Assembly: GCA_004764695.1 (NCBI GenBank)
Contig: SMSO01000014.1
Span: forward strand, 5,342,845-5,406,844
Reading direction: 5' to 3'
Length of the DNA: 64,000 nucleotides
DNA from: Schizochytrium sp. TIO01
Lineage: Eukaryota; Protista; Bigyra: Labyrinthulomycetes
Numbering within the stretch: the stretch's first letter is position 1; every line of letters begins with the position of its first letter. The notes below the pieces were generated by a model. That model saw nothing but the letters and a program-made list of their open reading frames with translations. It had not been told where the DNA came from and made no database searches. The translations under genes were made by a program, and so were the position numbers. This document shows positions 21,372 to 33,035 of the stretch, piece by piece.

Positions 21372-22817
21372 ATGCTACCTTCTTCAGCTTCAGCATCGTC
21401 ATCCAACAAAGCGAATGGTAAAGAGCGGTCTGTCACCGGTCCAAACTCTCGAACGGTCCACGACGATGATACTTTAATGGTTCATGGACACGGCCACACC
21501 GACGAGAAGGGCGTGCCATCTACATCAACTTCATCCTCTGGGACAGGTGACGGTATCCCAGGAGCACCGATTCAACCTGGCCTTGGCGGAGGATCAAGGA
21601 AACGAAGACAAAAGCCACGTGGTCGCCCCCCAGATCGGGAAACCCGTGAGGAGTTCATTATTTCGCCAAGCGATAACATGAAGAGCGAGAGGGCCCAGTG
21701 TAAGCACTGCGCTTGGGAAAAGGCGTACAACCTTCCCCGCTTACGAAGGCACCTTGCCTCTTGTGGGGGATTCCGTCAAAAGGTTGGTCGTGACCGCGTC
21801 AAAGAGCTGTGCGAGCGCTGGCAGGTAAAAATCGACACAGGGGAGAGGACCGGATCGTCGCCTGGTGTTCAACCACCACCTGTAAAGAAGACTCGACTCA
21901 CACCGCTTGAGGATGAGGCGCGAGCTTTGCGGGTTTCGGCAACTGCATCACCAGGAGTCATGCCTCGACAACCGCAGCTCCACCACCCTCACGTCCAGCA
22001 GCAGCACCAGATCCACCACTCTCACCACCAAGCCCAGCAGCAGCAGCACCAACACCACATTCACCACGTACACCACCAGCCTCAGCAGCAAGTTGGCCGC
22101 CATTTGAGACCCGAAAAGGGCCTGGTAGGACAGGCTGCGCTCTCATACACCACCAAGACGCTGCAACAAGCACGAGTCGTCTCCATCATTCGAGCTGTCG
22201 ACCGCGACACAGCTGTGGAGCGTGCCTGCGATCTTGTGAAAAACTGTGGATGCCGTGCGATTGAAATCACCAGAGATTCTAAAGATTGGCTCTATGTGCT
22301 TAAGAGCGTAGTGGATAAGGTTGGAGACCAGGCTGTGGTAGGAGTTGGCACAATTCTTGATTCGGCTGACGTGGCAACTGCTGCTGGAGCTGGTGCAAAG
22401 TTTGCGCTAAGCCCTGTAAACCCACCCGGCTTCATTGATGCGTGTCTAAACTACGATGTTCTCCCTATTCCGGGATGTTACACTCCGCAGGAAATCTTTA
22501 ACGCAACCTCGGCTGGCGCGAACTTTGTGAAGATCTTCCCAGCACAGAGCTTTGGCCTTGACTCGCTTCGTGCTTTGCGTGGAATTAGCTACTTTAAGGG
22601 GGTTAACTTCCTTGCTACAGGTGGCATTGACGAAGCCCGGGCAAGAGAATGGTTTGCCGCAGGTTGCGCAGTAGTTGGTATGGGAGCCCTGATTTGTGGT
22701 GGCGATCTGGGAGAAAAAGACCCTTCTAGGGTTGCTCAACTTCGACAAGAGTATTTAGTCACACCTGGAGGTGGGAGAGAAAAAGCGAGGGGAATTCTTG
22801 ATAGGTTAGCTTTATGA
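21372..22817 (+). CDS. AT-hook + BED-type zinc finger + Gln/His-rich linker + KDPG/KHG aldolase (Eda-like) fusion protein
   Basis: First ATG at 21372 (481 aa), one uninterrupted frame. It contains RKRRQKPRGRPP (NLS/AT-hook), AQCKHC-x12-HLASC (BED-like finger), PPVKKTR and a poly-Q/H tract. The Eda fold motifs follow: VVSIIR, AIEIT, VGVGTI, AGAKFALSP, PGCYTPQE, VKIFPA (Schiff-base Lys), ATGGI and GCAVVGMG. Confidence 0.88.
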   Translation: MLPSSASASSSNKANGKERSVTGPNSRTVHDDDTLMVHGHGHTDEKGVPSTSTSSSGTGDGIPGAPIQPGLGGGSRKRRQKPRGRPPDRETREEFIISPSDNMKSERAQCKHCAWEKAYNLPRLRRHLASCGGFRQKVGRDRVKELCERWQVKIDTGERTGSSPGVQPPPVKKTRLTPLEDEARALRVSATASPGVMPRQPQLHHPHVQQQHQIHHSHHQAQQQQHQHHIHHVHHQPQQQVGRHLRPEKGLVGQAALSYTTKTLQQARVVSIIRAVDRDTAVERACDLVKNCGCRAIEITRDSKDWLYVLKSVVDKVGDQAVVGVGTILDSADVATAAGAGAKFALSPVNPPGFIDACLNYDVLPIPGCYTPQEIFNATSAGANFVKIFPAQSFGLDSLRALRGISYFKGVNFLATGGIDEARAREWFAAGCAVVGMGALICGGDLGEKDPSRVAQLRQEYLVTPGGGREKARGILDRLAL

Positions 22818-25705
22818 TGATGTTTCTAATGGGTTTGAAATGATTCCCTTGGTCTGCAATGCAGAAAGCAAAACATAGGCAATCCACAAAAAGATAAGAA
22901 TAACACATGAGACAATCTTGGCTCTCCGCGGGCCACCGAGTTCGCCGAAGCCCATTCTTCGGCGTGCATACATCAACGCAAAGTATATAACTGCAATAAT
23001 GCAGAAAATTAAGACGGAGAATGAAAGGTTGCCAGGCTTGACAATAAACTGCTCTCCGTGGGCAGCCTTGTAGACAGCGCCAATGACCCAGGGCAGACCC
23101 AAACCAAGGAATACATTGACAGAGTTAGATCCAGTCACATTGCCAATGGAGTTGTCGGCATTATCATCATTCTCTGCCGCCATCTTACTCGCGAATGTAT
23201 CTGGAAGTGAAGTGCCCAGAGCCACGAAGGTGATCGCAGTGACACTATTGTCAAGGCCGATGAGGCAACCAAAAATCTTTGCCACGTCTCCGACGACGAT
23301 GGTAATGATCAGAATGAATAAAAGCGAAACGAAGAAACTGAGCTTGCCGTTGTAGTAGGATGTGGGGGGAACAAGCGCGAAGAGCACCTTCCATCCAAAT
23401 GACATGATGTGTAATGCACAGTCAAGATTCGAAGCTTCGGCTCCATCTTCGCCCTGGACAGTCAGAACATTAATTAGTTGTTCCTTCCAACTTCCAGAAC
23501 CAACATCAACAGCTTCGAGATGAAGTCGCATAAGAGATGCGACACGATCTACAGTAGCCTTATAATTCTCGTCACTGGTAATGGTAATACTGTTCACGCG
23601 ATGCTCACCATAAATGGCTCCACATTCAGGAAAGTTAACAATTTCAAATTCTACTGCAAATGTTGAGTCACGCTCATACGTCTTATTGTCCATGATTGCA
23701 ACCTCAATGATAGCCTCGCGCACACCATGCTCAAAAATTAATGTGCCGCTAGCCTCAAGGTAGTCAGACCCTGATTTAGCACTAGCATCCTTTGTTTTAA
23801 ACTGCACCTTGATACGTCCAGCAATTCCATTCTTGCGAAGAACCTTGATGTGAGCAACTCCTCAGACTCACGAATGACCATAGCACTGTCTTCAAAAGTA
23901 AAAGTTCCGGGTAGATCATCATCTATGATAGTGACTTCTGCAGTTGAAAATGCAGAGTGCTCCAGGTCTACATTGTGGTCAGCACCCTTGACACTGAGAA
24001 CAACCTGGAAAGTTTCGTCAGGTTCATAAACGTTGTCATCAATGATATTGACTGTAATTGTCTTTTCCTTCTCCCCCGGCAAAAAGATGAGTTTGCCGTC
24101 CGTATGCTCAAAGTCTTCGCCGCCGCGTGCAGTACCACTGCGGGTCTCAAAGTACACCATTGAGATAAGCTGCAGCTCTTCATCTGTACCTGTGCGCATG
24201 ACTGGGAGCTCAATGAAGCCGGCATTTTCATTAACACAAAATGCATAGGCCGTGAAGGAAACACGAGGCAATGTCGCCGAGATGTTGGCTACAGTATTCT
24301 CCTCATCTAGAGGAGCATCCTCTAGAATAACTGGGGAGGTATTAGGTGCTTTGACAGCTCCGAGAGAGCCAAGACCAAGACGATCGAGCTCTGATGGAGT
24401 GTTTTGCGCAAATCGCTTGGTAGTATGGCGCTTGAGAAAATCGAGACGCTTAGAAATGACCGAGCGCCCGCCTGCTAGCTTACGTCGAGCATCAATGCGG
24501 TAGCGGTTGGCAGATGTACGATCCTTGAGAAGATCACTGGCTACAGCCTTGGCCATATCATCATCAGAAAGGCCTCGAGGCAGGGACTGAAGCAGCTCGG
24601 CAATTCGACCTTTCTCCTTGTCCTCCATTGTAATGACGCGTTTTCCCGCATGAGCCCCGCCAGTGGCAAACTCAGCGGCTGCTTTCGCGGCATCTTGCTG
24701 AGCTTCAGGATTAGAGCTATCGATGGAGAATTTGCGTCTGTCACGGAGGGCTGTATGGTTTGCTGTGTCGAGCCCAATTACGTGGCCTCCATCAGGACGC
24801 ACCTTGGCAGTGGCCGACTTCCCAAAGAGCTTGGCGAAGAGTCCCTTTGACTCCAAATAAGAAAGACCTACCAGGATGGGGAAAAGAAGAAATGTAATGA
24901 TAGCTTCATGAACGTCAACAACACCATCCTCGCCAAGTACAATGAGCATCCACACGTATGCAAACACAGAGAAAAAGCTAGTAATGATAAAAACGCCATA
25001 GTTTTCGATGACACGCTTCTCCCCCTCGGGAAGCGCAACAACACACACTGAGGTGATAACCAACAAGTTGAAAGCTGCACTACCAACAATGGTACCAGGT
25101 CCCAGGCCATCCTCTGGAGGTTGGTTCAAGGTGCCTACTGTTTCAACGATGGAGAGCAAAATTTCTGGCGCAGAACTTCCCAGGGCCATGAGAGTGAGGT
25201 TCGCAACAGTTTCATTCCATACTAAAACACGATGCTCTTCAGGCTCGCCATCTTCATTTTGCACAACGATGACTTTTTCTTTACTAGTAATAACTTCAAT
25301 TGCTGCCATGAAATGATCGGAAATAATTGCGACACCAAGAAAACACCATCCTAGAAAAAGGAGGTAAATTACAGCGCGGAGATGACCTGGCCACATAAAC
25401 TCATTGAGGAGGAAAGGGAAAATATAGTCACCCATGCACTCATCATACTCAACAGGACTGTCATCTTTTGGCACAAAAAGCATAAACCCCTGAGACATTT
25501 CGGCGGCATAAAGAGAGCAATTTATGCTGGGGTCACTGAGTGAACTGTTAATGATTTCTAAAGGAGTTGTTGTGCACAGATCTAAGCTGTCATCTAATTT
25601 GTTGAGATCCAACATTGCTCGTGCATTTGATGGTTGACTGGCCAGAAAACCAAGACACAGGCAAATGCCTGCCCAACGGGATACTTGTGTTGGGACTGGA
25701 ACCAT
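22812..25705 (-). CDS. NCX: Na+/Ca2+ exchanger (SLC8/NCX type, two Calx-beta domains); frame broken by a 1-nt deletion near 23860
   Basis: Signal peptide, alpha-1 repeat NLTLMALGSSAPEILLS...GTIVGSAAFN, two Calx-beta domains, and alpha-2 repeat AITFVALGTSLPDTFASK...IGNVTGSNSVNVFLGLG. Adding one G at GAG-GA(G) joins the two ORFs as ...IRESEGVAHIKVLRKNGIAGRIKVQFKTKD..., giving 964 aa. Confidence 0.92.
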
Positions 25706-28700
25706 AGTGCGTTCTTTTTAGAATCCCAGCTTTGTTCTGCAGTTGTGACGTCGGAGCTGATATACTCTTGACCGTTCAAAGGTCAAGGTGAAGCAATAGA
25801 TTGAACAAATAAGATCAGCTTGTACAAACGAAGTGATGATTTACAATTCTTGCAAAACTGAGACGGGAGAGGTAGTAAGCAAGCCACACGTGTAGGCTGG
25901 CCTCGGCCTGGTCTTCTAGGGTGTACCTATACGCCCCAATGTTCTTTCGATTGTTGGCTTTCCAACAGCAGATGACAAACTGGCTAGGTGAAAAAGCAAT
26001 CGCACATGAATTTGACAATATGCTCTACAGAAAGCACGGCAGAGTGCAGAGTGCAGACCACCGTGCGTGTGTGTGCCAACCTTTCCAAGCAGTGCTTGAA
26101 TCTTTGCTTGTCAAGTTGAAAGCAATCCTTTAAAAAAAAGAAACTTTCGATTTGAAGCAGCGACAACAGCAACACGATATGTGTTGCTTTTTCTCAGTCG
26201 AGTACTTCAGCTGTGAATTGGCTTACTTCACTCGCTGAAGCAAATGGTGAGGTCCTTTTCCGTTTTGCAGCTTGCAAATATTCACAGCCTGGACAGTGTC
26301 TTTTGTTGAGTTGTGATCGAAGTCTCGGGTTTGGTGCTACTGGTGCAGCAGAGAGAGCAGCGCAACAAAGCGTACAGCTTCTCGTTCCGCTGCCGGAGAC
26401 ACTACTCACCCACGACGGCCCCTCTCTCGAAGTTGATAGCTTTGCAGTATGAATTGCTTTCTTCAGAGCTAGCCAAGGCTCATTTAAAATATATGAGCAA
26501 TTGTATGGCTCGATTCTCTGCTCGATCCTTCATTATCGTGGGAGCATTGATCAACAATGCGTTGTGAAAACTCTTTCTTCTCAACGATCAAATTCTTCTT
26601 TGCCAGGATGACCCCACCGGCTAGTCCCCATCTATATGAAACTATAGGAACTTAGCCAACTCTTCTTAGTTATCTTATGTCAATGTTAGGACCTCTTCTT
26701 TGAATGAAGAAAAACTATAGAAATTCAATAGAAGGAAACGCTCGCCTTTCAAAGCGGCTAGGAACCCACGCAAGTAAGGTAATTTACCAGCTTATATTCT
26801 ATGACATGAATTTGCCCAAAATATAAAACAAACTCAGGCTCAATGACCTAGTCGACTTGCACATAATTTTGTAGTTTTCTGTCGTAGCACTAACAGCCAA
26901 CTGTATTTTATATTGCACCCTGCTAGGATCATAATTGTTATTGTTACAAAAATAAAATAAAATAAAACAGCTCTAGGTAGAAATGGAAACTATTAGGTAT
27001 CTAGGTAAAAATTAAAAATTAAAAACATCACTATTAACACTTCATAACAAACTTTGAAGCGTATAAATATAAAAACAAAATAAAATAAAATGAGACACTG
27101 GTGATTGTCCATGTGATAGGAAGGAAGGTGATAGCAGGTATTTGAAATAAGGAGGGGAAAACTATATATAAACGATGATTTCATTGCAATATAGAGAACG
27201 GGCCAGGTCGAGTCACTTTTTAAACAAACTAACTATGCAGATTTTCATACTTGAAGCCTAAACCTACCTCATTTGTATTATTTGCATCGGGGTGGCTAGG
27301 AAAAAACGATAATTAGCAGAAAATCACAAATGCATTCAGCGAATCAAAATGCCATTATGGCAGGGGTGTACTAAATAGTATAGATGTAATATAGCTCAAT
27401 AAGCTCAATAAAGAAAATGACAACCGGACCATAGGCAATGCGATCTCTCGATACATACGCAGCTCAAAAAGTGTTAAAGCGCTGGCATTCCTGCGCCGCC
27501 CTGAAATTAATATTAAGTTTTTTTTTAAATCAGGACCAGATCCGGTCCATGGAGTTCCGTATCTATGAGTGAGCACCGTTTTTTTCTCTAACTTTTTTTT
27601 CTGTTTTTTGAGGTTTCAAGATTGAATGTGCCTCTGCTGACCCTGAAACATTGAAAAACGTTTATTATACTTTCTCCTCTCTATCAGGCGTCACTGCGTT
27701 CATTGTACTTCTGATTGAAGGAAGGTGTATGATCTCCCTATTTCACCTCAAAAACCTTGAACAAAGTAAATGTCTCGATAGCTTTCCAATTTTAGATCCA
27801 ATCATAGTACTCTATTTCAACTCCTCAGAAAATTCATGTCAGGCATTGCAACGAATCACCGAAGATCGCATCTGTGCTACGTTCACCTGAACCTTCTTTT
27901 TTAACCCTGAATCCCGTCACCGTGCTCCCGGTGTGTGGCTTTAAATGTTGTTGACTTCCGGATCTCTCAGCGCACACCTCCATTTATTAATGTCTCTAAA
28001 GAACATTACTTGGTGCTTTGCTCTTGAAGCGAGCCTTCTTCTTCACTACCCTATGCTTCAGGCTCTTTGAGCTAACTCGGCCCTTTCCAGATAATAACAG
28101 CTACTACGTTTGTTTTATAGAAAGGTACTTGTTACATCAAGTGATGCAACTAATCCTACAGGGAATAGCACCATCTTGCTACTGCGCGCATTTAAATTCG
28201 CATCCTGGTGCAGATAAACTTAACCCAGGTCGACAACTTCAGTAGTTCCACGATTAGCAGGGTTCTCTTGTAACAATTTCCCATTGACCTCCTCTCAGCG
28301 ATCGCTTCCGGTCAGATCTTGTTTATTTGAGCCAATATTCTAACCTTGCTGGCGCACCCGTGAATGGAAACGAAGAAAGATCTGTTTGAAGACCCATACC
28401 AATGATGAGCCGCTGAAGCGTGAAAGGGGTGAAAACTGCAAACTCCATCCAGGGTTCCGTTGCAGCGTGCTGCAAAGTATCCTCACTCCTATAATAACAG
28501 ACAAAGTGTATATCACATGGCGATAAATATGTTTGACTTCACCAGTTCCATTGAACATAAATAATTTGTAAACGGAAGAGGTGTACATAGATAGCACAAT
28601 CGATGGCTTAGTTAGGATAGGATAGGCCTTCGCCTTTCTATGATCAAGCTGTATCCCCAATCACTGCTATGTTAAGCTGTAGAGGAGCTCTAGAAAAGAA

Positions 28701-29611
28701 GTAGAAAAGAAATTCATTCTATTTGATAGTAGGCCATGTAGCCTTCCAGTGGTGTTGATGGCGCTGTCTTAGTGGAGCGTTCTTTTGCATCGCATCATTC
28801 AAGTTCAAGATAGATTACTCTCGGCGGCGGCCAGAGGTTATTCCTGTAAAGCTTACTTGAGCAGTAACTCGAGAGAAACGATCAAGAGATCGATGATTTT
28901 CGCGAATCGAGTCGGCAAAGGTCATAAAGGGTGAATGAGATGACCACCTCCCATATCTTGAAAGGAACGAACTTCAATCCAGTCGGCAAATAAACTAAGA
29001 AGATAAAAATGATGATTCTGGCATGCCAAGACTGGGTCACTAAGAGACATCGTCTATCGCAGTATCAGACTTTGCTACCTCCACTTGATGTTGAACTTCC
29101 CTTTCCTCGGATCCAACAAAACATTCCCAGCGGCAGACTATCAAGAACTATTTTTCTGAAGCCCGGTTTTTCAACCAAGCTTTGCTCCGAACAGAGTGTG
29201 AAGAAACCAAATGGACTATTATTCTAGATCTCTCTAAATTTATCTCATTAACCTACTGCTATGTATCTCCTATATAGGCGCTAGTTCGCCTACATTGGCA
29301 ATTTAGCTACGAAACCACTAGGGTAGTGCTATGGATTGTCTTAGTAGTGCAGATTTCAAAATGGGTCTCAGCGTAGCAGTCTCCTACTGAAGGTGCTATC
29401 CATGGAAAGATACTATTAGTTCAAGGCCTAGCTAGCTAGTAGGTACTTGGCCTAGATGACCATTTTCAATAATGCGGTGCTATGGAATAAACTATGTGGG
29501 GTTATAGCTGCTGAAGAAAAGCTTCTGCTGCGTTTGAAGACCATCAGAAAACTACAAATCCAAAGACCTCTCGCATTCTTCACAGTCTTCGCAGCTTCAA
29601 CAACAAGCATC

Positions 29612-32250
29612 ATGTTTGGCACCGCTCTCCGCCTTGGCTCCAGCCTCCCGGCCTTCGGCCTTCGTGCCGCTGCCGCCCCTGCCCGCATGCAGGCTGCCCG
29701 CGCCATGAGCAGCGCCGCCACGGAAAAGCTGCCCCAGGTTTACTTCGACATCTCTGTCAACAAGGCCCCTCCCAAGCGCGTGGTCTTCGAGCTCCGCAGC
29801 GGTAAGTGAACTCATTATTCCTGTGGCCGAGGCCGATCAGAGAACCATCTTGCTGGAGATGGTTGAGTGAGATATTGGATCGAGTGAGAGGCAATTTTTG
29901 ACTTTTGCGCGTCTTATGTTGTGCTTGGGTGAATTGCAATTCGGGGGGGTTTGGGGGTGGATGGTGTATGTGGGGATGTTCTTCAACACGGACCAACGTT
30001 TCTTTGGGCTTAGCTGGCTCAGCAATAATTCTGTGCGGCTGAAACGATGCAATTTTGTCCCTATTGCGATGTGCGGCAATACTCGTCTGATCATATTCGT
30101 CTTTGAATTTATTTAATTCTGCTTGAGTATTAATGACGATCCTTGAAAAAGAGGTGGATAAGGGGTTAAAGGAAGTGGTCTGGTTTTCGCTGCCAGTCAT
30201 AATGCGAGTAGAAATGAAGTGTTTTAGTAGTGTATGTGATTTTTCTGGCGAAAGCAGTCAACCATTCCTGTTTTTAGGAATTTAATCGGACAGCACAACA
30301 TCTGCTTATATATAATAGATCAGCCATTAACCGGCTGGCTATCTAGCTAACTATCTAGCTAGAAGATTGATCGCGTGAGAGTCTCCCGGAACAGTCATGA
30401 AGTATCAACTTCTTAAGTTTTATGGTATACCTTTTTACTCTTTTTTCCAAGAGTTATGGCTAAATTATTCTGTGTTCCGTCTACACTTCTACCTCATACA
30501 ACTTCTCTGTCTGGATACCCGTCCGAATTCCAGTTTGGTGATGAGTATTAGGCAAGTTAGTGGATCATCGAATGCATGGCTTCCCAAATAGAAGACTGTA
30601 TCGATTTCGCATAGAAGGGGGGCCATTTTGAGATACTACAAACTATATATTAGGTAGGGTTTATATCACAATTGAAGGAGAGAGGGGTAAAAGGAAGAAG
30701 TAAGGTGGAGGAAAAATAGAGGAGGTAAGGTGCGGTGAGACTGAATGTGTATATCTATGCGCAAGGAAACAAATGGCATCCTGATCCGACACGTGGTATC
30801 CTTGGAATCGGATTGTCTGTTTTCCCCATAAATATACGATTTAACGAGAATAATTATTGCAGTAGGAAGGCTTTGGAAGGGAATGCTAGATAATTACAAG
30901 TGCTTTATGTTGTGGAAAAAATAGTTTACGATGTCGGTGCTCATTTGATTTGAGAGCCAGGGTTTCCGGTGGGGAGGAATTCTGATAGAGGATAACATCG
31001 TTAGGATAGACTAGGAGCTAACTGACCTATGTTTTGCTGCTATTGCTTACATGTTCTGTGTAAACCCACGGATGAATTGCGTCTTCAGACGTCGCCCCCA
31101 AGACCGCTGAGAACTTCCGCGCTCTCTGCACTGGTACGTTTTGTTTTGATTGACTAAATGAAGACGAAAACAAGTACTTCATCAGTTTCTGTTTGGTTTA
31201 GAAGAGCGGCTCCCGAGTGCAAAATCAGACCTACCTTCGATGCTTGTGGAAACAAAAAAATTAATGTGGTGCCAGCTGCGAGTGGTCCAGGAAGTAAAAG
31301 CAGAGGGTGTGCGTACACCACTCAATGTCGCTGAGCTTCGAGATTGTGAAATAAATTGCAAAACTAACACTGACCCACCCTTTATTTGGCAATCCGCCAT
31401 ATTTGATCTTTGAATAAATTTCTTTTCCCATTGGCCAAATGAATATGATTTGAAAACAATCTCAGGTGAGAAGGGCGCCCTCTCGAACGGCACTCCTCTC
31501 CACTACAAGGACTCCATCTTCCACCGTATTATCCCCGACTTCATGCTCCAGGGTGGTGACTTTACCCGCTTCAATGGTACTGGTGGTGTCTCTATCTACG
31601 GCCAGAAGTTTCCGGACGAGAACTTTATCCTCAAGGTACGTGCGGCTGGTTTCTATTTTTCTTTTACTTTTTTCTTTTCTGAGATGCACGGCGATGATAA
31701 CCACAAGTTTGTTTGAAGAAGGCCAAAATAGGAAAACTGACTCTCTTTCTGATTTTTATCTCTTTTGCCAACTTTGAATTATTCGTATTCGAAAATAACT
31801 ATGTGATGACGCTGGTTGGGACGATGGTTAAATTTTTATTTTGTCCATTAGCACGATGCCCCGTACAAGCTCAGCATGGCTAACGCTGGCCCCAACACCA
31901 ACGGTTCCCAGTTCTTTATCACTACCATTCCCTGCCCGTGGCTCGACGGCAACCACACCGTTTTTGGTGAGGTAAGTTTAAAATATTTGCAACTTTACTA
32001 ATGCATGGGGATCCGCAAACGAAGGAAGTGCAGATTCTATAGAAGGATGCTGTGAAGTTCCAACTGACTCACGATGTAATTTTCTTTCGACATGTTTTTG
32101 TGTTGATACTTTAAAAAAAACAAAAAAAACTCTTGTGTTAAACAGGTTATCGAGGGCGCTGACTTCGTCCAGGAGATCGGCGACAACTACGGCTCTGGCA
32201 ACGGCGCCACTCGGGTCGAGGTCAAGATCGTTGACTGCGGTGAGCTCTAA
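29612..32250 (+). CDS. Cyclophilin-type peptidyl-prolyl isomerase with mitochondrial presequence (CypD-like). Exons 29612-29801, 31089-31133, 31466-31635, 31852-31971, 32146-32250
   Basis: Four GT-AG introns with CTAAC/CTGAC-like branch points. Exons sum to 630 nt (209 aa). The R/A-rich presequence [11 protein letters not shown]... is followed by [69 protein letters not shown] and KIVDCGEL. Confidence 0.96.
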
Positions 32251-32777
32251 GCACCAATCTTGTTGACTTCGCTTAACGCTAAAGTATGCGCACGTTTGGC
32301 CACCTAGATACTGAATCTAGATAGCGAGGAGGATTCAGACACCGCCGTTTGATTCCCCCCGTATGAGGCGGCAAAGAACGTTCCTTCATTCACTAAGTTG
32401 CCGATCCCTTTTGCATCTGTAGTGTGGCATTCCCTACCTAGCCTGACTGGAGTCGATTATCCCTCTCTTCGTTACTTTAAGCCCGTCGACTGGGAGATTC
32501 TTGCTAGGAAGGAGGGGAGATATTTGTCCACAATAGGTGCGGCGATCTCAACACAACAATAATCGCCAGGAAAGATTTTTTATTTTTTCTTGTCTAGTAG
32601 TTATCTCTACACTCCGACTTGCGGCAGGCGTCTGAGAAAACTTGTGAAATGAAAATATCCATCCATCCATCCCTTCTATTAGTAAAGGTCAGTTCGATTT
32701 TACGAACACCAAAAGCAAGCAATCAAATAAACAAAACACACAAGCAGGGAAACACATTCTATTGAAATTGTCATGGT

Positions 32778-33035
32778 TCACCTTCTAGGTCTCCCCACTT
32801 TGCGCTTGCTATTTTCTTTGCTGCTGACTTTACTGTCTATAGGATCACCGCTTTCTGCTGGTGGTAGTGGTTTCCCTAGAATACGGGCCCATCCTCGGTT
32901 GGCCTGCTCCATGCGCAGGTAGGCAGCCTCGAGGTCCTGAAGCTGGTGGGTGAGTGCCTGCAGAGCAATATCTACACCCTCAAGGGACTCGCGTGTACGC
33001 CGCACAGCCGATACTTCCTCTGCGTGTGACGACAT
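32778..33035 (-). CDS. Small coiled-coil protein, probable DASH/Dam1 complex subunit (Duo1/Dad2-like)
   Basis: 85-aa ATG ORF in a GC-rich island. A heptad-patterned helix ends in GWARIL, resembling the W-x-R-I-L end of the Duo1 core helix, followed by a basic tail KRKVGRPRR. Family assignment is from remembered consensus only. Confidence 0.5.
   Translation of the reverse strand: MSSHAEEVSAVRRTRESLEGVDIALQALTHQLQDLEAAYLRMEQANRGWARILGKPLPPAESGDPIDSKVSSKENSKRKVGRPRR

Noticed and set aside
3532-25705. Functional gene cluster for Ca2+/phosphate signalling (EF-hand MFS, PstS-GPCR, NCX)
   Set aside because: The genes are interspersed with unrelated housekeeping genes and no shared regulatory motif was seen. 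Proximity alone is not evidence in a eukaryote.
32340-32520. Hairpins downstream of the cyclophilin as a possible H/ACA snoRNA or SECIS element
   Set aside because: Only short stems (5-6 bp), no convincing ACA box placement and no in-frame UGA. Most likely 3' UTR.
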